A stretch of DNA of 9,026 bases, from positions 1-9,026 of the forward strand of contig JAAOMT010000587.1 of the NCBI GenBank assembly GCA_016748015.1, written 5' to 3'. Positions 1 to 8,082 of the stretch are shown piece after piece. The stretch's first letter is position 1; every line of letters starts with the position of its first letter. The notes under the pieces are model-generated. The model saw only the letters and a program-made list of their open reading frames with translations. It did not search any database and had not been told where the DNA came from. The position numbers and the translations under genes are program-made. The DNA is from Geosiphon pyriformis uo1. Its lineage: Eukaryota; Fungi; Glomeromycota.

Positions 1-364
1 TATTTAATTTTTAGATTTTATGTTTTTTTATATGTAACTATTAATAATTAGATTAACAATTAAATTAATAATTAAGTTAATAATTAGATTAATAATTAAA
101 TTATTAATCAAATTAACAATTATTATCTGAAAATAAAATGGTTAATTATATAATAATAAATAATTAATACATATAATATTAATAATAATTAAAACTTTAA
201 AAATATTTAATTATATAATATTCAAAATTTTTATTTGTATTTTTATAGTTGTTTTTTTAAGAGTTTTATGTTTTTTATAATTTTATTAAGTTAATTTAAA
301 GCTTATTTGTTTTTTATATAAATTTTTTAATTATTTTTTTAATTATATTAAAAAACAATAATAT
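1..364 (-). mobile_element. Older, AT-decayed relative of the same element: U3 remnant plus 3' part of ORF3 (left half of the insertion target)
   Basis: 38-121 contains seven decayed 12-bp units. 122-178 matches LTR 1026-1083 (aaaataaaatggttaatt vs aaaatagagtggctaatt). 181-364 matches 1281-1490 (ttcaaaatttttatttgtattttt vs cccaaaatttctgcctgtatctct). Confidence 0.85.
361..364. repeat. Target-site duplication, left copy (ATAT)
   Basis: ATAT at 361-364 and at 8079-8082. The 5-bp flanks do not match (AATAT vs ATATA). Removing one ATAT copy restores colinearity with the homologous segment around 1487-1490. Confidence 0.85.
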
Positions 365-816
365 TGTTACAGGTTAGAATAACAAGCTAATGGATAGTAA
401 AGGAGAACAGAATTGTAGAGTAATAGAAATAATCAAAGGGAATTCAACTTTAAAGAGTGAATTGAATGAGTATGGATTCAATATGCAAGATTAGTCTCAT
501 AAAATATCTCAGTCACTATACTTTTCAAAGATAACTAAGGAATCTGAAGGTAGAGGGATAGTCTGTACTGTTAACAAATGATCATACTTGGTATAATTCT
601 ATGCCTCACATCAGCACTCTTAGAATTCAATATCAAGTATCAAATGTGCTCTTTAGTCATGTTTTATTTAATAATCTTCAAATGCTGCAATTACACATTT
701 CAGGAAAAAGGTAAAGAATAACCAACAAGTAATCTTTTATCTTTAAGATGTTCAGATACTTGAAAGTAGAAAAAGAGAAATTAGCAATAAGAGAAAGATT
801 AAGATGAAGTTGTTAT

Positions 817-831
817 TTTATTTCTTTTATT
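817..831 (-). terminator. Putative polyadenylation signals (AATAAA x2) in the 3' LTR
   Basis: AATAAA at 826-831 and 817-822 on the minus strand, about 45-60 nt downstream of the TATA. The AT-rich context weakens the call. Confidence 0.35.
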
Positions 832-893
832 TCTTTGATTCTTTCATGTTTTTCTACAGCTAAAAAATTAATTGCTTATATAGCTGTCAAAAG

Positions 894-1025
894 TAGTCAA
901 TAATCAGGTCAATGACTAGGTCAATAATCAGGTCAATAATTAGGTCAATAATTAGGTCATTAATCAGGTCAATAATTAGGTTAATGATCAGATCAATGGT
1001 CAGGTTATTGATTAGGTTAATGATT
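894..1025. repeat. 12-bp tandem repeat x11 in U3 of the 3' LTR (consensus about AGGTCAATRATY)
   Basis: Units start at 894, 906, 918 and so on to 1014, read directly from the sequence. Confidence 0.93.
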
Positions 1026-1083
1026 ACTTACTAAAAATAGAGTGGCTAATTTATGTAACATCAGTAGCTAATACATGTAATAA

Positions 1084-1760
1084 TTAATAAAAAGTATAAG
1101 TTTCAACTGTAATATCATCTTCTCCAAAGAGATTGAGCTCTGGCAAAATCAAGCTATTTATGGTGTAATCTATTGGAAGGGTTTTATCTAACTCAAAGCT
1201 AACTAGTTTGTTGAAGTCTTTTGTAGATAAGGTATATAATACTTGAGACAAAATCTTTGTATTAGAGTTTTGGCTTTTCTAGCAATAGTTAAAACTCTTG
1301 GAATATATAATCATATAATGCCCAAAATTTCTGCCTGTATCTCTGAAGTTGTTTTCTTTATGAGTTTTATATCCTTTATGATTTTACCAAGATGATCATA
1401 GAGTTATAATTGCCTTTCATATGACAAGTTTTTGTCTATGGATAAGATTTCTTGTAGTGTTTTTCCAATAGTGTTGGAAGGTGGGAGTATAGCTGCTGTT
1501 ATACTTTTTAACAGATATTTATCCATTTTACTACTAATTCTTTCTCTTCTGGTAGTGGTTTTCTTTGGTCTAATAACAGTATGTGTTTTACTGTTATCAG
1601 TTATGGTGGTTTGTTTTCCAATGGTCAGAGTAGCATTTGGATAGTTTTTGATTCAATACTCATAAAGAGTATAGAAAGTGTTTTGAATGTTTTGATTCAG
1701 AAAATAATTGTTTATATCGATTGAAAATACCTCTGTTTTAGGAATAGTGCATTTATTTAT
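1084..1760 (-). pseudogene. Extra sense ORF3 of unknown function downstream of integrase
   Basis: One frame runs 1811 to 1203 with only 3 internal stops (1653, 1404, 1311) in AT-rich DNA: NKCTIPKTEVFSIDINNYF...KTHTVIRPKKTTTRRERISSKMDKYL...RQL*LYDHLGKII...RVLTIARKAKTLIQ. A second frame, 1260 to 1084, has 58 stop-free codons (TKILSQVLYTLSTKDFNKLV...GEDDITVETYTFY*). One frameshift or deletion is inferred near 1260. Confidence 0.65.
1115..1125 (-). promoter_or_regulatory. Polypurine tract (GGAGAAGATGA)
   Basis: Purine-rich run on the minus strand directly abutting the 3' LTR. Confidence 0.7.
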
Positions 1761-3064
1761 ACTTGATTTTTGCTGATCATTTGAGTTGATATTACCACAA
1801 CAGGCAGCCAATCAGGTCGTTTATGATATTTCTTGAATTGTGTACCATAAACAGAATAATTATTAAAGATTGTTTTGGATTGATCTTAAAGAATATAAAA
1901 ATTATTGTTCAAAACTTTGTTGACTATAAAAGGTTCTTTTTACTGGCTAGAAAATTTATCACCATAAACATTATCTCTATCTGAATGGTATTCTAGTACC
2001 AAGTTATCAACACTTAAAGAAAGTGTTTTATAGGTTTTCTTTTTTTTAAGCTTTTTTTAAAACTGTTTTATCTTTTTAAAAGCAATTATTCATGTTTCTA
2101 TCAAGAAGTCAAGAATAGTACCAAGTTTTCTTTGCAAAATGTTTTTGTAATTCTCTATTGTGATTTCTTCAAAAGATATTGTTTCAATGTTAGTTTCTAT
2201 TAGTAATATTGCCATGCATTCATAGAGCAAATAAAAAGGTTCATAACTTGTTATGTTATGATTCACAGTTCTATAAGCAAACAAAACTAAAGACAGTACT
2301 TTGTCTCATAAGTTTGTTTCTTCACTGGTTTTGGCTAGGGTTTCACATAGTGTTCTATTAAAACGTTTTACTAGGCTATTTGTTTAGAGGTGATAAGAGG
2401 AGGAAAGTTTATGACATATTCCCATTTTTCTACAAAGTTCTTAAACCAGTATACTGAAAAAAGCTCTTCCTCTATTAGATAAAAGTTTTTTGGAACAGTC
2501 ATAATGGCAGATGATATCTTCATAAATAAAATTAGCTATTGAGACTGCTGTTTGGTTTGAGGTTGCTTCTACCTACTTTGTAAGATAGTCAGTAGCTGTG
2601 ATAATATATCTGTTGCCATCAGGAGTGATTGTTAAAGGTCCAACAACATCTATACCAATTCTGTTAAATGGTTGACCAACAGAGATTGAATGGATATCTT
2701 CTTTGTGATTAGGTTTGTCTTTTTTTTGGCAGATGTCACAGGTTTTAATGTATTCAGTAATGTCTTTTTTCAAAGTAGGCCAATAATAACAAGCTAAAGT
2801 TTTCTGAATTGTTTTTGTTTTTCCAAAGTGTCTAGCTAATGAGTCAGTATGCATGTTGTATATTACAATTTCTTTTTCTTCAAATTTGATAACTCTTTGG
2901 AGACAGTCAAGATTTTTTTTGTTTCTTTTGTATAATTGGTTCTGGCAGATTAAATAGAAATTTAATTGTTTGCACAAATGTTTTCTTTACTGTTAAGTGT
3001 ATTCTGGTGGGTATTATCTTTTACCCAAAAATTTCATTAAAGCAGAGTAGTTGTTCAAGTCTAT
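1757..3064 (-). pseudogene. Integrase as a separate reading frame (~435 codons, 11 internal stops)
   Basis: HHCC zinc finger HTDSLARHFG...CDIC. Core motifs IGIDVVGP, LLSNRG (D>N) and YHL*TNSLVKRFNRTL (E>K). GPY/F motif KFSSQ*KEPFIV. Ends at TAA 1757-1759 with no chromodomain. The frame differs from RT-RH. The start is inferred at ATA-GAC (3064, assumed ATG>ATA); an in-frame ATG lies at 3037. Confidence 0.92.
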
Positions 3065-3131
3065 TATTGTGTTTGTTTGTGAAGAAGTTACTAATAATTA
3101 AGTTGGTTTGGTTTAAAAGGTTGTACTGTCA

Positions 3132-5822
3132 CTAGATGGTAAGTCTAGAGAAAGCATCAGCATTTTGATAATTTGCTCCTTTGTGGTGTTGAATATCATA
3201 GTCGAATTCATCCAAGTGGAGTATCTAGTAAGTTATTTGTTTGTGTTCCAGCTTCTTTTTCTTGTGCAGCCAAACCAAGGCTTGATGATCTGTTACTACT
3301 AAGAATTTTACACCAAGAAAATATTAGTCCTAGTAATTAGTAGCCCAAACTATTGCTAAACATTCTTGTTCAGTAACTAAATAGTTCTTTTCAGCTGGTG
3401 TGAGAGATCTATTGGCATATGCTATGGCATGTTCTCTGCCATTTTCATCTTTCTGTGAAAAAACATTACCAAGTCCATAGCCAGATGCATCAGTGTGAAG
3501 GATAAAAAGTTGATTCAGATTAGGTTGTTTGAAAATTGGTTTAGTAACAAGTTTTTCCTTCAGAAATTCAAAAGTTTTTTGTTGATGAGTGCTCCAGTGA
3601 TAATTGACATTTTTTCTGAGTAGTTGATTGTAAGGAAAGGCAATTTTGGAGAAATCCTTGATGAATTTGCGATAGTAAAAGGCCAAACCAAGGAAAGAAC
3701 ATAGTTCAGGAACATTTATTGGTTGTCTAATGTTCTGAACTTTTTCAACTTTAGCTGGGTCAGGAAAGATTTCATCTTTTGTAACAAGATGACCAAGAAA
3801 TTGGGTGGATTGGTGTCCAAAAAAAGATTTGATTGGGTTGATCTTAAGACCAGCATTTCTAAGGAGGTTAAAACCCTTCTGTAAATATTTAAGGTATTTA
3901 TCCCAGATTTTTGAATATACCATTATGTCATCCAAGTAAACCAGAACAAAGTTTTCTTTTACTGATTCAAACACTTTATTCATTAAGCATTAAAAGATGA
4001 GAGGAGCATTGGTGAAACCAAAAAGCATGATTGTGAATTCATAGATGCCATACTTGGTGATAAAGGCAGTTTTTTTTCTGCTTTCTGGATCCATCTCTAC
4101 TTGCCAGAATTCAGCAGTTAAGTTAATGGTTGAGAAAAATACAGCACCATTAAATTTATTTAGCATTGCATCAATCTAGAGATATGAGTACATGTCTCTT
4201 ATAGTGATGGCATTTAATTGGCAGTAGTCAACACAGAAGCATAGAGTTCCACCTCTCTTGGATACTACTACAACTGAAAAAGCCCATTCATTCTTGATTT
4301 TTTGTATGAATCCAAAATTTTTTATCCAGTTTATTTTTTTCTTGATAAACTCATCATTGTGTCAATTGGATTGATAAAGCTTCAAATGAATGGGATGAGT
4401 TTCTTTAGTGGTAATGGTGTGTTGTATCACATGGGTTTGTTCAGAGATGTCACCTTCTTTTGAGATAACTGGGCTATTTTTAGCCAACAGATTTTTAATG
4501 TCCACTTTTTTTTCTTCAGGGAAAGGTTCTCTTTGTTCTACAACCAATGATTGGATTTCAGATGGTTCATTCTCAAAAGACTTTTGTACTTTTTTGAGTT
4601 CTTCTCAAGGTATCAAACTAATTGGTTCCCAATTTTTGTAATAGATCAGACAGAATTTGCATTTATCATTTGGTGAATACAAAAGTTTATTACACTAACA
4701 CTGTGCACAAGGACCATGCTACCAATAACTGTATTTGGCTTTTTTACTAGGTTTTCTGTCAAAGATTCTTCTGAGGATATCATAGTAGGGCCAGCAAATC
4801 ATTTTGCCATTCATCATAATTCCTTCTTTGTCAGCTTTAACATTGTCCAGTGGCTTGCCATTGCTGGTGAAGATAATGTAGACAAGTTCAACAGTTTCTT
4901 TTTGTTTTTTTTGATCTTTATTATCATTGCTTTCATTATTATCTGATTCATCTGATTGTTCTTTTTCTTTGTTCTGTTGGGTTACTGGAAGAGTTGTCCA
5001 ATGTTAGCATTTAACCACAATAGGTTTTTCACCACATCTGATAGTTAGCTCACAAAGTTCATAGTCAAGTAGTGCTTTGGCTTTCTTAAGCCATTTATTA
5101 CTAACAATGATGGTGTACTCTTTTGCTTTAAACACTTTTATATTAGTTTCAATATTGATACTATTAATGCGGACAGAAATAGCTTTGGTTATGCCCAGGC
5201 CTTTCTTCTTGTCACCATATATATTGGTCATTAGTCTTGTGGAAGGCTCATCAATCTTTTTGCCAATTGCTTCAAGAAAATGTTTGGCAATTACACTAAC
5301 AGATAATCTACTGTCTAGGATCAGATCAATGAAGTAACCAGCCACTTGGGCTTTACAAATCAGAGGAGTGACATTGCTGTTATTAGCAAATCCAACTTGG
5401 TAAGGGCATTTGTTGGTCTTTGGTGTTTTTTTCTTTGGTATCAATGATTTGTGAAGATCTTTTCTGAACTGTAGATGGGTCATCAATTGGCCAAATGTAA
5501 TGTGTGCAAGGGTTTCCATGAGATCTTTAACAACAGAATAGGGGCCAGATTTTTGTACTATTTCTGGAGATTCCAACTTTGGGAAATTTTTAAAAACTTT
5601 AGTCTTTAGCAGCTCATTGTTATCAACAGTTAATGTGAAGGCTTTTTTTGGATCTAGAACAAAATCAACTTTGGCTTTCTTCTTTTTTCTGGTTGATTCA
5701 GAAGTGTTAATTGCTAATTCATCTATGTTATGATCATCATTAGTTAGGTTAAAAGCATAAAAAAAATTTTTTTCTGGTTGGCTTGTATTCTTACCCTTTG
5801 AAGATGTGCCTACCAGTTTAAA
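3132..5822 (-). pseudogene. pol: pol part 1: aspartic protease, Cys-rich insert, reverse transcriptase, RNase H (10 internal stops, single frame)
   Basis: PR motif LILDSRLSVSVI (D at 5313-5315; DSG>DSR). RT motifs LCFCVDYCQLN, KTAFIT..GIYEF..MLFGFTNAP and YLDD (3927-3938). RH motifs LHTDASGYGLG, EQECLAIVWA, VVTDHQAL and NADAFSRL, followed by TAG TGA. Joins track ORFs 5004..5576, 4362..4547 and 3330..3983. Confidence 0.95.
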
Positions 5823-7363
5823 GGCTGATAAACAGTAGCTTCAACTAAGAGATTCTCTCCAAAGAAATTAATGTTAGCATAATTGGGTCTTTAATTAGGA
5901 ACATTATTATTGTTGGATCTGTTATTCTGGATATTATTATTTTTGGGAGCTGGAGAAGGCAATGGAGGATTGTTACAGTCTCTGAAAAAGTGTCCAGTTA
6001 GTTCACAGTAATAGTACATAGGTGGGCCACAATTTTGTTGTTTTTAATATGGTGGTTGCTGGGGCTGATTGAAGCAGGGTTCAAATCTAGGTTTTTGGGA
6101 TTGCTGGTTGTCTCTGACTGCTTGGGCCAATAGTTCTAATAGCCGGGCAAGATTAGCTGTAAGTCTATCTATTAACTGTTCATTTGGGTCTTGAGTTTGG
6201 ACAGCAAAAAAAGTAGCAGCCATTTGGGGAGCAGAAGCCATAACAAAAGCAGAAGCAAAAACTGGAAGTGTGGATTCTAGATGCATCCTTTGATTGTTTT
6301 TTATTCTCTGAGCAAGTTCAATAACCATATCCATTGTGGAATTATTTTTCAAGACCAGAAGGGGCCAAAGAGCATATGATAGATCAGTTCTCAGTCCTTT
6401 TGTAAAGGAATGTATTTTCTGCTCTTCTGTTCAATTTTTTCTAGAGTCTACCCATTTAATAAGTTTTTTTATTGCTTTGGCATATTTTGTTACAACCTCA
6501 CCAGGGCTTTGAGTTCTTCTTTCTAATTCCATATGCCATTTTAAGATTAAGATGGGAGTTCTAAATTTCATTTTAAACCAGGTAGTAAAAGAGGTGTTGT
6601 TTTCTCCAGCATTTGCTGATGTCCATCTAATAATTCTTTGTTGAGTATTAACATTGGTTTCTTGTGAAAACCAAGTAGCAGAAGAGCCTTGAAGGTAGCC
6701 ACCAACGATTTGAAACTTGTATTCATTATCATATTGGTTTGCTGTGGCAGCTCTCTCAAAATCATCCAGTTATTCGATTGGATCTTGGGCATCATCTCTG
6801 AATAATGATAATAGGGTGTTGTTTTTTTGCCCTAAAGCAGTCTGTATACCTTGAAAGGTGATCAGAATGTTTTGTTGCAGAGAGTTTTGAGCCATTGGTT
6901 CAGGTGTAACTGTTTGTGTAGAGTGTTCTGATTTACTTGAAAAGAGATCAAAAACAGGAGTGGTTTAATAGCTTTCTTCTTCTGTTTTAAGAGGAGTTTC
7001 TGTTAATTGATGAGCAGCAATCTAAATGTGGATTTGATGATTCAAATATTCAAAATCAGGAGGCTGTTGTTCAAAGATTGTTGAGTATAAAAGTTGATTA
7101 ATGCTGTTGTTTTTTTCTTCACAGTTGTCTTTAAAATAAGCTTGGTCAAAGTAATAGGTTGTATAAGCTGTGTAGGTTTCAGCTAAATGCTCATTCAGGA
7201 ACCAGTTCTAAAAGTCTTAAAATTGTCTGCTGGATTGTTTTTTAATGGGGAAGCAAATCAAGCAGGAGGGCAAAAGATTGAGTTCAATAAAGTTTAGATT
7301 GTTTTTGTTGTGTGCTTCAAAGTGTTCTTCTAATTGTTATGGCAGGTATAAATAATCACCCAT
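5810..7363 (-). pseudogene. gag: gag (~517 codons, 9 internal stops, no frameshifts)
   Basis: Single frame from ATG 7363 to TAG 5810. Capsid-like LFRDDAQDPIE*LDDFERAATANQY...YLQGSSATWF and RTQSPGEVVTKY...FTKGLR. CCHC knuckle (Y)YYCELTGHFFRDC at 5975-6016 with the first Cys reading TAC. Includes track ORF 6044..6352. Confidence 0.92.
5816..5822 (-). promoter_or_regulatory. -1 programmed ribosomal frameshift heptamer T TTA AAC (gag to pol)
   Basis: The gag frame reads CCT TTA AAC TGG TAG, so the heptamer is in the correct X XXY YYZ phase just before the gag stop. The -1 frame is open straight into the protease ORF 5004..5576. Confidence 0.8.
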
Positions 7364-7391
7364 ACAATAAGAAACAAAGTGAATTTTGACA

Positions 7392-7409
7392 ACCTTACAG
7401 AGAGCACCA
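7392..7409 (-). promoter_or_regulatory. Primer-binding site TGGTGCTCTCTGTAAGGT, possibly for elongator tRNA-Met
   Basis: Starts with TGG (complement of the tRNA CCA) 6 nt inside the 5' LTR boundary. The tRNA assignment is from remembered similarity to eukaryotic elongator tRNA-Met 3' ends and is not verified. Confidence 0.75.
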
Positions 7410-7935
7410 CTTTTATGTTACGAGTTGGAATAACAAGCTAATGGATAGTAAAGGAGAACAGAATTGTAGGGTGATAGAAATAATCAAAAAAAATTCAACT
7501 TCAAAGAGCGAATTGAATGAGTATGAATTCAATGTACAAGATTAGTCTCATAAAATATCTCAGTTGCTATACTTTTCAAAGATAACTAAGAAATCTGAAA
7601 GTAGAAAGATATTCTATACTGTCAACAAATGATTACACTTGGTATAATTTTATGCCTCACGTTAGCACTCTTAAAATTCAATATCAAGTATCAGATGTGT
7701 TCTTCAGTCACGTTTTATTCAATAATCTTCAAATGCTGCAATTACACATTTCAAAAAAAGAGTAAGAAATAACCAACAAGTAATCTTTTATCTTTAAAAT
7801 GTTTAGATACTTGAAAGTAGGAAAAGAGAAATTAGCAATAAAAGAAAAATTGAGATGAAATTGTTATTTTATTTCTTTTATTTTTTTTATTTCTTTGATT
7901 CTTTCATGCTTTTCTACAGCTAAGAGATTTATTAC

Positions 7936-7942
7936 TTATATA
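7936..7942 (-). promoter_or_regulatory. Putative LTR TATA box (TATATAA)
   Basis: Identical in both LTRs (also at 876-882), about 12 nt downstream of the tandem array in element orientation. Confidence 0.55.
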
Positions 7943-7953
7943 GCTGTCAAAAG

Positions 7954-7989
7954 TTGTCAATAATCAGATTAATGATCAGGTTAATAATT
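7954..7989. repeat. 12-bp tandem repeat x3 in U3 of the 5' LTR
   Basis: TTGTCAATAATC AGATTAATGATC AGGTTAATAATT, with the same flanks as the 11-unit array. Confidence 0.85.
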
Positions 7990-8078
7990 ACTTACTAAAA
8001 ATAGAGTGGCTAATTTATATGACATCAGTGGCTAATACATGTGATAATTAATAAAAAATATAAGTTTCAACTATAACA

Positions 8079-8082
8079 ATAT
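8079..8082. repeat. Target-site duplication, right copy (ATAT)
   Basis: Immediately follows the LTR end at 8078 and matches 361-364. Confidence 0.85.

Larger units (their letters stand above)
365..1114 (-). repeat. 3' LTR (750 bp)
   Basis: On + it starts TGTTAC at 365 and ends GTAATA at 1114. The 87-bp length difference from the other LTR is exactly explained by 8 extra 12-bp repeat units (96 bp) minus a 9-bp indel. It is adjacent to the PPT. Confidence 0.95.
365..8078 (-). mobile_element. Full-length, degenerate Ty3/Gypsy (Metaviridae) LTR retrotransposon, non-chromodomain type
   Basis: Two direct-repeat LTRs bounded by TGTTAC...GTAACA (consensus of the two copies), a 4-bp TSD, PBS and PPT. 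Domain order on the minus strand is gag-PR-RT-RH-INT, which is the Gypsy order. Confidence 0.97.
7416..8078 (-). repeat. 5' LTR (663 bp)
   Basis: On + it starts TGTTAC at 7416 and ends ATAACA at 8078. It aligns with 365-1114 at offset 7051 and is adjacent to the PBS. Confidence 0.95.

Noticed and set aside
1-364. Simple low-complexity AT DNA or a replication origin
   Set aside because: It aligns to the element's own U3 and ORF3 mainly through transitions, so it is a decayed element.
894-1025. CRISPR array, or nuclear-receptor IR1/ecdysone element (AGGTCAnTGACC)
   Set aside because: The units are head-to-tail with no spacers and lie inside a eukaryotic LTR. No unit is a complete IR1, and nothing else suggests an animal host.
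1432-1644. Plus-strand 70-aa hydrophobic ORF that looks like a membrane peptide or env
   Set aside because: It is the antisense shadow of the A-rich ORF3. T-rich codons give spurious hydrophobicity, and it has only a TTG start.
1757-1960. Chromodomain at the integrase C-terminus
   Set aside because: The frame ends about 60 codons after GPY/F with no chromodomain-like motif.
4408-5337. Plus-strand ORFs 4408..4641, 4716..4946 and 5077..5337
   Set aside because: They are antisense shadows of pol with no recognisable motifs.
6568-6795. Minus-strand 75-aa ORF from the track
   Set aside because: It is out of frame with gag. The capsid motifs lie in the overlapping frame.
1757-7363. Alternative genetic code (stop reassignment) explaining the in-frame stops
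   Set aside because: All three stop codons occur, TAA falls at both Trp and Gln positions, and catalytic residues are also hit by G>A missense changes (INT D>N and E>K, PR DSG>DSR). This is mutational decay.
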